A stretch of DNA of 64,000 nt from Mobula hypostoma (taxonomy: Eukaryota): assembly GCF_963921235.1 (NCBI RefSeq), contig NC_086109.1, positions 3,908,001 to 3,972,000 on the forward strand, in the 5' to 3' direction. Every line of letters starts with the position of its first letter. Within the stretch, counting starts at the first letter, position 1. A program made the position numbers and the translations under genes. The notes below the pieces were generated by a model that was given only the letters and a program-made list of their open reading frames with translations, was not told the origin of the DNA and did no database searches. Of this stretch, positions 13,755 through 26,937 are shown in pieces.

Positions 13755-14044
13755 TAACACATCTGACCGCAGTTAAATGTTGAATTTGCTTCTCGCCAGC
13801 AATTTGTAAGATCATATTTCACATTAAACAATCTGAAAATCAGTCTTAGGCAATATTGCATTTCCCCTTGGGAGTTTGGTTCTTATTGGAAACACTTGTA
13901 ATTGAAACTGTGAAAACAGATCAATTTCAGGGCAAGGAATTTCAGAGAGTAATTCTGAAGACATATCCTTCTTTTAAAAATTATGTTTACTTTCAGTAGG
14001 TATCCATAGAAAAGTATTCCAAAATACGTCTTAAGTCAGAGTCT

Positions 14045-14620
14045 AGCATGGCAACATCAATGCCTTGAACTTAAAATCCTACAAAAAGTAGTGGATACGG
14101 TCCGCCCCATCACTGGTAAAATCTGCCCCACCAGTGAGCACATCTACACAGGGTGTTGTCGCAGGAAAGCAGCACCCATCATCGGGGCCCCCTTCACCCA
14201 GGTCATGCTCTCTCCTCACTGCTCCCATTGGGAAGGAGGTACAGGAGCCTTACGACTCACACCAGCAGGTTCAGGAATGGTTATTACCCCTCAACCATCA
14301 GGCTCTTGAACTTCACTCGCCCCATCATTGAAACTTTCCCACAACCAATGGACTCACTTTCAAGGGCTTTTCATCTCATGTTGTCAATATTTATTGTTTA
14401 TTTATTGTTATTATTATTATTTCTTTCTTTTAGTATTTGCCCAGTTTGGTGTCTTCTGCACTCCGGTTGAATGCCCCAGTTGGATGGTCTTTCATTGATT
14501 CTATATGGTCATTATTCTATAGATTTATTGAGTATGCCCACAAGGAAATGAATCTCAAGTTGTATATGATAACATGTATGCACTTTCAAAATAAAATTTA
14601 CTTTGAATTTTGAGCTTTGA
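14045..14620 (+). mobile_element. Rex1/Babar-like LINE 3' fragment
   Basis: HPGHALSSLLPLGRRYRSLTTHTSRFRNGYYP; tail ctttgaattttgagctttgaa. Confidence 0.8.
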
Positions 14621-15118
14621 AATGCAGCTTCAGGTAGAAACAGCACTTTATCCTACAGGAGCGGAGGTACCTGTAGATACATTAGTCACCTGTGACCTAT
14701 GAGCTTTAATCTCTCTGAACACATTGCTCAATGTGTTAGTCATCCAGCTTCTCCCAGTTCTCTCCTCTCTGAGCTGTGGCCTCCAGGAGGCTGTTTTGAC
14801 TTTGCTTCTGAAATTGGAAGTGGTCTCCCTGCGGCTCTGGATGATGGATGCCCACAGTGTCCACCTCAGCCAAAGTATCACGGTCTGGTGGTCTGGTGGC
14901 AGTGGGAAACGTTTAGTCAGATACAGAACAGGCCAGTTGGTCTCTCCCAGGTCCCTGACACTTCATGCCTAGGTAACACTCAACCATGGGACTGTGTATG
15001 TGCCACATCATTGCGCACTGATACGTTCTCAGTCAGTGTCTCTGAGAGGAGTCCTGAATCGCGCTGGGAGGTTGGCGGTTGGTGTTGCACAGATCAAACA
15101 CCGGGTAGTACAGGTTGA

Positions 15119-15349
<231 letters not shown>

Positions 15350-15791
15350 TGAAACTGAACTTATGCTATGCCAGCCTCCATTCATTGTAAGTGGGAGAGA
15401 TGGCCAGGGTTCAGAGGGTCCAAAATATTTCCAACTCCTAATCCCATTACACTGACTGTCCAAACCGATCGGTACACTGACCCGTGTCCACCTTCTCTCC
15501 ACGGAGGCCATCATCAGAATTTCATGTTTCCTGCAGTACTTCGGTCAGGACATGGCATGGAATGACAGGGAGGTTGTCCTCGGATCAAGCAACCACTGGT
15601 GACAAGGATCCAGTCCAACTTTCAGGGAGACACATTGGTCACTACTGTGTTTCACTCCGTGACCATTTCCCCCTCCTGATCAGCTGACGTGCTCTTGTTT
15701 CTCACACCATCTCTCGACTGCCATTGGGTTCAAGGTGCATGTCCCACCTATCCCACTTATGATCTGATTATAGTCTTTTATTTGCTTTTAG

Positions 15792-15965
<174 letters not shown>

Positions 15966-16063
15966 TAGTCTTCCTGGTTAGTCCTTGGAGGAAGCATGTT
16001 CATCCCTCAGAGCAGGAGGGAGGGAGGGTGAAAGAGAGAGAGAGAGAAAAGAAAAAGTATTTG

Positions 16064-16940
16064 CCTTCCTCACTACTGACTTAACCTGTAAATTAACCTT
16101 AACCTTTAGGGGATCCTGCACATGGACCTTTGCATCTCTTTTTTTTAATTTTCTCTTTATTAAGAACATAGTCAAACCTTTCATTTCTTCTGTGCATAGC
16201 CATACACTTCCCGACACTGTATCCATCTGCCATTTTTTTGCCCATTCTCCTAATCCATCTGTCCTTCTGCAGCCTCTCTACTTCCTCAAAACTACCTGCC
16301 CCTCCACCTATCTTCATACCGTCTGCAAACTTTGCAACAAAGCCATCAATTGACATAAAATGTTAAAGGAATCAGCCCAACACAGACCCCTGTGGAACAC
16401 CACTACTCACCGGCAGACAACCAGAAAAGGCTCCCTTTCTTCCCTCTCTTTGCCTCCTGCCAGTCAGACATTGCTTTACCCATGCTAGAAACTTTCCTGT
16501 AATACAATGGGTTATAGCTTGTTAGGCAGTCTCACGAGTGACACCTTGTTAAAGACCTTCTGAAAATCCAAGTACACAATATCAACTGATTCTCCTTTGT
16601 CTAACCTGCTTGTTATTTCTCCAAAGAATTCCCAGCAGATTTGTCAGACAAGATTTTCCCTTGAGAAGCCATGCTGACTATGCCCTATTTTATCATGTGC
16701 CTCCAAGTACCCTGAGACCTCATCTTTAATAATTGACTCCAACATCTTCCCAACCACTGAGGTCGGACTAACTGGCATATATTTCCTTTCTTTGGCTTCT
16801 CGCCTTTCTCGAAGAGTCGAATGACATTTGCAGTTTTCCAGTCTTCCAGAACCATTCCAGAATCTAGTGATTCCTGAAAGCTCATTGCTAATGCCTCCAC
16901 AATCTCTTCAGCTACCTCTTTCAGAACTCTGGTGTGTAGG
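16064..16940 (-). mobile_element. CR1-like LINE RT fragment
   Basis: VLKEVAEEIVEAL...DWKTANV; VAKFADGMKIGG. Confidence 0.8.
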
Positions 16941-16989
16941 CACTGATTGTGGAGAAGCTGTAAACTGCTTGATGTTAGCGATGAGGCAG

Positions 16990-18840
16990 AGGGGTGTACA
17001 TTACTGATGGGGTGTGGGTGGGGAATTGCAGTACTCTTGGAGTGTTGGTGGTAGCTTACAGTACTGCTGAGGGTGTATCTCTGCATCAGGGAAGGAAGGG
17101 GGTGAATGGTACAAATGTAAGTGTACAGTACTGACAGGGTATTGGGGATGTACAGTACAGACGATACAGTGCCTAAGAAGAGTAGTGTGAGCTGCTTTAA
17201 TGACTATTGTCCAGTAGCACTCACATCTACCATAATGAAATGCTTTGAGAGGTTGCTCATGGCTGGAATCAACTCCTACCTCTGCAAGGACCTGGACCCA
17301 CTGCAGTTTGCCTGTCACCACAATAGGTCTACAGCAGACGCAATCTCAATGGCTCTTCACACTGCTTTAGATCACCTAGACAACACAAACACCTATTCCA
17401 GGATGCGGTTCATTAACTATAGTTCAGCATTTAATACCATCCTTCCCACAGTCCTGATCAATAAGTTACAGAACCTGGGCCTCTGTACCTCCCTCTGCAA
17501 TTGGATCCCTGACCTCCTAACCGGAAGACCAAAGTCTGTGCAGATTGCTGATCATAGATCCTCCTAGCTGACGATCAACACTGGTGCACATCAGGGGTGC
17601 GTGCTTAGCCCACTGCTCTACTCTATATATACAAATGACTGTGTGGCTAAGCATAGCTCAAATACCATCTATAAATTTGCTGATGATACAACCATTGTTG
17701 GTAGAATCTCAGATGGAGATGAGAGGGCGTACAGGAGCAAGATATACCAGATAGTTGAGTGGTGTCGCACCGACAATCTAGCACTCAGTGTCAATTAGAT
17801 GAAAGAGCTGCTTGTGGACTTCAGGAAGAGTAAGCCAATGGAACACATACCAATCCTCAAAGAGGGATCAGAAATGGAGAGAGTGAGCATTTTCAAGTTC
17901 CTGGGTGTCAAGATCTCTGAAGATCTAACCTGGACACAAAATATTGATGCAGCTTTAAAGAAGGCAAGGCAGTGGCTATATTTCATTCAAATTTTGAAGA
18001 GATTTGGTTTGTCACCTAAGACCCTCAAAAACTTCTGGAGATGTACAGTGGAGAGCATTTTGATAGGCTGCATCACTGTCTCATATGGGGGGTGGGGGGG
18101 GGGGTGGCTACACAGGACCAAAAGATGCTACAGAAAATTATAAAATTAGTCAGTCCATATTGGGTACCAGAGTTCTTAGTATCCAAGACATCAGAAAGGC
18201 ACTGTCCGTTATTTAGGACCGCATAACCCAGGACATGCCCTCTTCTCTTGTTACTGTCAGGGAGGAGGTACAGAAGCCTGAAGGCACACACTCAATGATT
18301 CAGGAACAGTTTCTTCCCCTCTGCCATCTGGATCCTAAATGGACATTGAACCCTTGAACACTCCCGCACTTCTTTATTCATTATTTCTGCGTTTGCACTA
18401 TTTTTAATTTAACTATTTAATATATATGCTTACCGTAATTGATTTACTTATTTTTTTCTGTCTATGTTATCATGATTACATCATACTGCCTCTACTAAGT
18501 GAACAAATTTCACAACACGTGCCGGTGGTAATAAACCTGATTCTGATGGGGTGTAGGTGAGGGTGTACAGTACTAATGGGCTGTACTGAGAGGAGTGTAC
18601 AGTACACACGTAGTGTACTGACGGGGTGTTGGTGTGGGTGTACGGTACTAATGGGCTGTACTGAGAGGAGTGTACAGTACACATGCGGTGTACTGGCAGG
18701 CTGTTGGTGCAGATGTACAGCACCAATGGGGTGTACTGATAGGGGTCTATGGTACACACGTAGTGTACTGACGGGGTGTTGGTGTGGGTGTAGGGCATCG
18801 ATGGGGTGTACTGATTGGGGTCTACAGTACTGATGAGTGT
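16990..18840 (+). repeat. Degenerate G/T-rich minisatellite (core GTGTACAGTACTGATGGGGTGT), split by a LINE into ~16990-17160 and ~18546-18840
   Basis: The same motif occurs on both sides of the 17160-18546 LINE. Confidence 0.75.
17160..18546 (+). mobile_element. Rex1/Babar-like LINE, 5'-truncated
   Basis: [37 protein letters not shown]; tail AATAAACCTGATTCTGAT. Confidence 0.9.
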
Positions 18841-18852
18841 GTATCTCTGCAG

Positions 18853-18956
18853 AGTGGCGTCAGGGAAGGATGGCTCGTGTGGTTCTGCAGGATGAAGATA
18901 TCACCACCAAGATCGAGTGTGACTGGAAACGTTTGAACACGTTGGTGCACTATCAG
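18853..18956 (+). CDS. PLXNA2: Plexin-A2 coding exon (4 of 10)
   Basis: ctgcag|AG TGG CGT...TAT CAG|gtaatg; 104 bp; (E)[34 protein letters not shown]. Confidence 0.95.
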
Positions 18957-19061
18957 GTAATGAGTCCACCCCAATGCACACACACTGTTATCTGCTCCAA
19001 ACTAACACTGCTCACACTCAGTCTCTGCACGTCCTTAACTCAGAATGAAAGATGACCTTTA

Positions 19062-19660
19062 TGGGTTATGATTATGAAGACACGCAGTCCTCTTTTATTG
19101 TCTTTTAGTAATGCATGCATTAAGAAATGATACAATGTTTCCTCCAGTGTGATATCACAAAACACAGGACAGACCAAGACTGAAAAAAAACTACAAAACC
19201 ACATAATTATAACATATAGTTACAACTGTGCAACAATACCATAACTTGATGAAGAAGTCCATGAGCACAGTAAAAGTTCGAAGTTTCTCAAATGTCCCAC
19301 ATCTCACGCAGACGGGAGAAGGAAGAAAAACTCTTCCTGCCATACCCGACCACAGTCCGACTCTGAGACATCCGAAAACTTCGAGCTCTGATCAGCCCTC
19401 CGGCACCGAGTACCGAGCACCATCTCTATCCAAGCGATTCGACCTCCATCTCGGTCGCCAACAGTAGGCAAAGCCGGGGATTTTGAGGCCTTCTCTCTGA
19501 AAGATTCCTGACCACGCAGTAACGACAGCGGCGAAAGAGCGTTTCAGAAATTTTTCCAGATGTTCCTCTGTGCTTTCATGTCTGTCTCCATCAAATCAGA
19601 ATTGTCCACGGCCCCTATTTAACGGATACGTTATCATTTTTCACCGGAGGGCTGCGCACG
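19062..19660 (-). mobile_element. ~600-bp non-autonomous retroelement (same family as 23985-24880)
   Basis: Reverse complement aligns with the 23985-24880 element, including the 3' stem-loop region and (ATAATC)n tail. Confidence 0.75.
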
Positions 19661-20589
19661 CTGATTCCGGAGTCTGAAGTCTGTGGACTTAACGTCTTCA
19701 GTGGCCTTTTCTCCAAGATTAACCCCTGAGATTAAGCACTGACTCACTTAATGTAGACTCCAGCAACGCTCTGCAGATGACAAAAGGCATGGGTTGGCCT
19801 AACATGGACCCAGCAAGGAGCTACCATGTTTATCCAGCCCTCATCCTTCTCCATTTCTCATCCAAATCCTCCTGCTTTCCCTGATTCCTCAGATGTGTTG
19901 AGGAAGGCAAAGGAATACTTGCCTCCATTAGATGGAACAACTTTGGAAATCGTTGGTTAGGTCTCAGCTGGAAACCACACCATAGAACGAGGTTCAATAC
20001 AAAGGAGAGGGTCCAGGCAACAAAATTCTTCTGCACCCTCTCTAATGCCTCTGCATCCTTCTTGTAATAGGGTGACCAGAACTACAACAATGCTCCAAGT
20101 GTGGCCTAACTATAAAGTTTTATCCAGCTGCAGCATCACTTCCCAATTTTTATATTCAACACCCGGCCAGTGAAGGTTTAAGTGTGTAGTATGCCTTCTT
20201 TACCGCCAGATTGACCTGTGTTTCCACTTTGCACTCACACCCTGTGATCCCCCCTGTACGTCAGCGCCACCTAATGGTCCTCCAGTTACTTTGAACTTGG
20301 TCCTCTCATTTGAACTTCCAAAAGGTACACCTACCTCACACTTCGTGAAGATTAGACACCATCTGCCATTCTCTGAACAAATTTCCAACTCATCTATATC
20401 CTGCTGATTCCTTTGGCATCCTTCCTCACTATCCACAGCTCCACTAATAGTTGTGTTCTCTGCAAGCCTACTGATCAGCCCACCTCCATTCTCACCTGAA
20501 TCATTCATCGTATCAGAAACCATAGAGGTTCCAGCATTGACGCTAGCAGAACACAACTGGACATAAACTTCTGCGTCAGCCTACAGTTG

Positions 20590-21256
20590 GATCCTGATGC
20601 TAAAATTTGGACAAACTTCAATAGATGCATAGTGGAGAGTATATTGACTGGTTGTATCGCAGCCTGGTATAGAAACATCAATGCCCTTGAAAGAAAAATC
20701 CCACAGATAGTAGTGGATACAGCTCAGTCCATCACGGGTAAAACCCTCCCCACCATTGACCACATTTACATGAGACTCTGTTGCAGGAAAGCAGCATTCA
20801 TCATCAGGGACCCCACCACCCAGGCCATGCTCTCTTCTCGCTGCTGCCACCAGAAAGAAGGTACAGGAGCCTCAGGATTCACACCACCAGGTTCAGAAAC
20901 AGTTATTACCCCTCAACCATCAGGCTCCTGAACCAAAGGTGATAACTTCACTCAACTTTACTTGCCCCATCATTGATATGTTTCCACAACCAATGGACTC
21001 ACTTTCAAAGACTCTTTATCTCATGTTGTTGATATTTATTACTCATTTATTTATGATTGTTATCATTTCTTTCTTTTAGTATTTGCAGTTTGTTGTCTTT
21101 TTCACTGGTTGAATGCCCAGGTTGGTGCTGTCTTTCATTGGTTCTGTTATGGTTATTATTCTATAGATTTATTGAGAATGCCTACAAGGAAATGAATCTC
21201 AGGGTTGTCTATGGTGACATAAATGCACTTTAATGGTAAATTTATTGTGAACTTTG
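20590..21256 (+). mobile_element. Rex1/Babar-like LINE 3' fragment
   Basis: RCIVESILTGCIAAWY...DTAQSITGKTLPTI. Confidence 0.8.
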
Positions 21257-24200
21257 TAATCCAAAGTTTTTTTGGAAGTCAAGAGTGAGGCATAATCTTG
21301 TTGCTTATGTCCATTTTATTGTCACAAGAACAGAGAAGAAGAAGGCGAAGTGTTGAGAGAAACCAAAACAAGGGAATGGACTAAAAGGTCATCGTAGTCT
21401 TCTCATACCAAACTGGAGATAAACAGAAGTTCCATCGATCATAGTTCACCAATAAGATAGCCAGATTCAAGTAATATGACCCTCGCCACTGAAACCAAGA
21501 AGTTTCCAGGAAAGTACCATGCACTGTAATTACTGATACAATTACAAGTAGATAGGTGATTATGTAAAAATACAAACAAGCATAAGAAAGTTATTCTACA
21601 AGAAAAATAGCGATCCTACAGCCCAATCCAACACTACCACGAGGCACCTTATAAAATCCCTTACTGAAGTCCAAGTAGACAACATCCACTGCCTATGCTC
21701 ATTGATCATTTGATGATTGACCATTGACCTTTTGCACACAGAAGACGGTTGGACTCTGTAACGTGTTGCCTGAGGAGATGATGGAAGCAGAGACTCTCAG
21801 AGTATTGAAGAAGTATTTAGATTAATACGCAACTCATCAAGACAGAGAAGGGAATGGGCTGCGTGCTGGAAAATGAATTACTATTCAATGGATGCCAAGG
21901 GAGCTGTGGGCTGAAGCCTCTGACCATTGTTTCTCTCCACCCCATGACAGCCCACCAGTGTTCCTGAAATTACACGGTTGTCCGTTCTGTTCTATGTACT
22001 ACCTTCAGTACTCACCTGTGGCTGAAGATTTACTCAGACAACTTGACAGCTATCTTTCAGATCATTGTCAGGGACTTTAATCATACTTGTTTGAAAAAAC
22101 CTCTGCACAGTTATCAATAGCAGATCACCTGCAGCACCAGGGGTCCCAACACACTCGACCGCTACTACACTACCATCAGGAATGCCTACCTTTTCATCCT
22201 TAGACCACATTTTGGTAAACTGATCATTTGATCTCCCTCCTCTTACCTGCATACAGACAGAAGGTAAAGAGCAAGGCTCTAGTAGTAGGGAGAGGTGGTT
22301 GGGGAGGTGGCGGGGCGGGGAGCTACAGGATTGTTTCGGGTTGGTGGACTGGGCTGTGTTCAAGGACTTATCAGAGAATCTAAACAGATACAACAAGATT
22401 GTTTCCACAAAATCATTCATAGTCTTCCCTAACCAGAAGCCCTGGATGAACTATTAGATCTGCAATCTGCATTCAGGTCTGGAGACCATGTAAAATACAA
22501 GAGTTCCAGGTGCAATTTCCAGAAAGCCATCTCATGTGTGAAGTGGCAATTCCGATCCAAACTTGAATCTCTGAAAGATGATCAACAGCTGTGGAAGAGC
22601 TTGAATGCCATTACTTCTTACCAAGTGAAACCAACCGACAGAGGCAACAAAAAGGTTTCGCTCCCAAATGAGCTCAGTGCCTTTTCTCACTCTCCTTGAC
22701 CATCAAATCATGAAGGAAGTAACACATGCGAAATGCTGGAGGAACTCAGCAGGCCAGGCGGCATCTATGGAAAAGAGTAAACAGGTGACGTTTCAGGCCG
22801 AGACCCTTCATCAGGAATGTGGAGGACTTTCATGAACTCCCACAGCCACCAGTGACCCTGTTATTTCAATCTCTGAGCTCTACATAAGAGCATCTTTCAG
22901 GAGGGTGAAACCATGGAAAGTATCCAGCCCAGACGGGGTGCCTGGCTGAGTAACAAAGACCTGTGCTGACTAGAGTGTTCACTGATATCGTTAGCCTCCT
23001 GCTTTGGCAGTCTGAGGTACCCAACTGCTTCAAGCAGGCTTCAATTATACCGGTACCTGAGAAGAACGTGGTAACCTGCCACAATGACTAACATCCACTG
23101 TGATGAAGTTCTTTGAGAGATTGCTGATGAAACCTGCCTAAGAAGTGACTTGGATCCGCTCCAATTATCTTCTTCAACAGGTCAACAGCAGATGCCATCT
23201 CACTGGCTCTTCACTCAACCTTGGAACATCTGCACAGCAGAGATGCATACATCAGGATGCTCTCCATTGTCTACAGCTCGGCATTCAGTACCATCATCCC
23301 CTCAAAACTAATCAATGAGCTACAAGACCTAGGCCTCAATATCTCCATGTGCAATTGGATTCTGGATTTCCTTACTTGCAGGCCCCAGTCAGTTTGGATT
23401 GGCAAGAACACCTGCTCCACAATCTCCACCAGCACAGATGCCCCTTGCTCTACTCATACTTATGACTGAGGCTAATAACAGCTCCAATCCCAAATTCAAG
23501 TCTGATGATGTCACCACAATCACAGGCTGAATCAAAATTGGTGATGTATCAGCATTGAGGGAGATCGAAAACCTGGCTGAGTGGTGCCCCCACAACAACC
23601 TCTCACTCAATGTCAGTAAGACCATGGAGCTGATTATTGAGTGGGGAGGAGGATATGGGAGGTCCACGAGCCAGTTCTTATCGGGGGGTCAGAGATGGAG
23701 AGGGTCAGCAGCTTTAACTTTCCTGCTGTTATCATTTCAGAGGATCTGTCCTGGGTCTAGCACTTACGTGCCATTACGAGGAAAGCAGGACTGCACTCTA
23801 ATTTTTTCAGAAGTTTGCAAAATTTCAGCGTGACATCTGAAACTTTGACAAACTTCCATAGATGTTTAGTGGACTGGTTGCATCACAGCCTGGTATGGAA
23901 ACACCAATACCCTTGAACAGAAAAACCTACAAAGAGTAGTAAATACAATCCAGTCCATCACAGGTAAAGCCTTCCCCAATATTTTGGAGAAGATGGCAGA
24001 GGGACACAGCTCGCAGCGACCACTCCGGTGGTGATGTCTGTTATTTGTCAAGTAGGGTGCCGTGCACAATCCTGATTTGATGGAGATGGACGTGAGGGCA
24101 CGGAGGAACATCTGGAGAAACTTCTGAAATGCCTGCTTCGCTGCTGCTGCTACTGTGTGATCCAGAATCTCCGGAGGGGAAGGCCCCGAGTCCTCGGCTT

Positions 24201-24528
24201 TGCTTGTTGCTCGGTGGCCGGGGCGGGGTCGAAGCGCTCGGCAGAGGATGGTGCTCGGAGAGGCTGTATCAGAGGGGCTGATCGGAGGCTCGAAGTTTTC
24301 AGACGGACTCAGAGTCCGCTGCGGTCGGGTGCTTCCAATGCATCGGCAAGTTTGCGGCGCTTGGAGGTTCATGGCAGGGAGAGTTTCTCCCTTCTACCAT
24401 CTGCGTGACATGATGATGCTATCGGGACTTTTTTTACCATGCCCACGGTCTGCTGTTTATCAAATTATAGTATTTCTTTGCACTATTGTAACTATATGTT
24501 ATAATTTTGTGGTTTTGTAAGTTTTAGT

Positions 24529-24746
24529 AACACACATCAAAGTTGCTGGTGAACGCAGCAGGCCAGGCAGCATCTCTAGGAAGAAGTACAGTCGAGGCCC
24601 TTCGTCCCTAGTCCTGACGAAGGGTCTCGGCCTGAAACGTCGACTGTACCTCTTCCTATAGATGCTGCCTGGCCTCCTGCATTCACCAGCAACTTTGATG
24701 TGTGTTGCTTGAATTTCCAGCATCTGCAGAATTCCTGTTGTTTGCG
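24529..24746 (+). mobile_element. 218-bp fold-back Penelope-derived insertion with 14-bp TSD
   Basis: TTGTAAGTTTTAGT at 24515-24528 and 24747-24760; inverted arms 24529-24595 / 24640-24706 (63/67 match). Confidence 0.85.
24609..24646 (+). ncRNA. Minimal type I hammerhead ribozyme motif
   Basis: UAGUC-CUGACGA-AGG(GUCUCGG)CCU-GAAA-CG-UC^GACUG: helix I AGUC/GACU, full CUGANGA and GAAA core, UH site after C24641. Confidence 0.75.
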
Positions 24747-26273
24747 TTGTAAGTTTTAGTCTTGGTTTGTCCTGTGTTTTTCTTGTGATATCATTTTGGA
24801 GGAACGTTGTATCATTTTTTAATGCATGCATTTCTAAATGACAATAAACGAGGACTGAGTGTCCTCATAATCTAATCTAACATCTACCCGGCCACTGTCG
24901 CAGGAAAGTAGCATCCATCATCAAGGACCCCAACCACCCAGGGCATTTCTTTCCTTCATTCTTTTTGTATTTGTGCAGTTGTTGTCTTTTGCCCGTTGGC
25001 TGGTCGTCCATGCTGTTGGCTGCAATCTTTCATTCATTTTATTGTGTTTCTTGTATTTACCATGAATGCCTGCAAGTAAATGAATGTCAGGATTGCATAT
25101 GGGTGACATATATGTAAGTTGATAATAAAGTTACTTTGAACTTTGAACCTGCTAATGCAAGACTGCACTGTTATCTAAAGCACAGCTAAATCCTACCCAT
25201 CATCAGCTCCACCCCTTTACTAGGCAGTGAGATCCCTCAGCCGGGTGCACGGACCTCACATCCATCCCCAGCCCGCAGTCCTCTTCCCTACCAACCCATG
25301 ATCAAAGATCCAGGATCCACTTTATTTTTCCATTTACATTCACAAGTATTAGGGAGTTTGCTGGGGTGTGTTGGTCAGGGTGAGACATGCGGCAAAAAAC
25401 AACATTCACCATTCCTAAAGCAAAAAGAATTGTATAATAAAATAAAAACTATATATAAATAAAAAAGCTGATAAAGTTAGAGGTTAATGTATGGATATAG
25501 AATAAAATGTGCATAAATGCCTAAATACCAATGTGATAACAATGTAAGCAGCATTATAATTAGTAGTTTAAAGTGCAGTGATGGGGTAATAAATAGAGGG
25601 GGCGAGGGGCACTAACTATAACGGTTGATCAGATTAACTTCCTGGAGGTAGAAGATGGCATGAAGTTCTTGTTTAATAGCCCTACAGCACTTCCTAGAAG
25701 GGAGTTGCGGAAAAGGCAGTTTGCAGGGTGGGTAGTGTCCGTAATGATTTTCTTCTTGCGCACGTCTTTACCCTGGACACACACAAGGCCTGCAGTGATG
25801 GTAGGCCTTTGTGATAATGGTAATGTTCTTTGTTTTCAGGGCAGTATTTTAACAAGTCATTAAATATGTTCAGCTTCGTCTCTCCGGAGTTTTTGATCTT
25901 TCACAAAGGAATCTCATGTCAATCTCATGCCTTTGACAATTGCCAGGTAACGAACTACATGCAGTTTGTAAAAATATTTAACACAATCAACACAGCTCTG
26001 TCACATTCACTGCCCTCCCCACTATTAAGTCTACAAGGAATACTGCCACGAGAAAGTAATGTCCATCAACAAGGCCGCTCACCCATCCAGGCCATGTTCT
26101 ATTTTCACTTCCACCATCAGGGAGGAGGTAGAGGACCCTCAGGTGCCACACGACCAGGTTCAGGAACAGTTATTACCCTCAACCACCAGGCACCTGAACC
26201 AGTGAGGATAACCTCACTCCCCTCAACTCTGAACTGCTGCCATCAGAAAGGAAGTACAGGAGCCTCAGGACTC

Positions 26274-26937
26274 GGTGGTGAAGAAGGCGAATGCAATGTT
26301 GCATTCATTTCTAGAGGAATAGAGTATAGGAGCAGGGATGTGATGTTGAGGCTCTATAAGGCACTGGTGAGACCTCACTTGGAGTACTGTGGGCAGTTTT
26401 GGTCTCCTTATTTAAGAAACGACGTGCTGACATTGGAGAGGGTACTGAGAAGATTCACTAGAATGATTCCGGGAATGAGAGGGTTAACATATGAGGAACG
26501 TTTGTCCGCTCTTGGACTGTATTCCTTGGAGTTTAGAAGAATGAGGGGAGACCTCATAGAAACATTTCAAATGTTGAAAGGCATGGACAGGGTGGATGTG
26601 GCAAAGTTGTTTCCCATGATGGGGGAGTCTAGTACGAGTGGGCATGACTTAAGGATTGAAGGGCGGCCATTCAGAACAGAAATGCGAAGAAATTTTTTTT
26701 AGTCAGAGGGTGGTGAATCTATGGAATTTGTTGCTACAGGCAGCAGTGGAGACCAAGTCATTGGGTGTATTTAAAGCAGAGATTGATAGGTATCTGAGTA
26801 GCCAGGGCATCAAAGGTTATGGTGAGAAGGCAGGGGAGTGGGACTAAATGTGAGAATGGATCAGCTCATGATAAAATGGCGGAGCAGACTCGATGGGCCA
26901 AATGGCCGACTTCTGCTCCTTTGTCTTATGGTCTTAT
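26274..26937 (+). mobile_element. Young CR1-like 3' fragment nested in a Rex1/Babar-like fragment
   Basis: GGACTC TSD at 26268-26273 and 26938-26943; LYKALVRPHLEYCGQFWSP; (GTCTTATG)2 tail. Confidence 0.9.

Larger units (their letters stand above)
23985..24880 (+). mobile_element. Non-autonomous retroelement with 5' AAGATGGC, 3' stem-loop and (AATCT)n tail
   Basis: Starts GGAGAAGATGGC; ends AATAAAC GAGGAC tgagt GTCCTC ATAATCTAATCTAA; no convincing protein similarity. Confidence 0.7.
22395..25147 (+). mobile_element. Rex1/Babar-like LINE hosting nested insertions
   Basis: RT motifs ([37 protein letters not shown]); interrupted at ~22720-22816 and ~23985-24880, then resumes. Confidence 0.8.

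Noticed and set aside
25830..26702. Longest ORF in the track (290 aa)
   Set aside because: Chance read-through from intronic DNA and an out-of-frame Rex fragment into a nested CR1 RT fragment bounded by a TSD; not a gene
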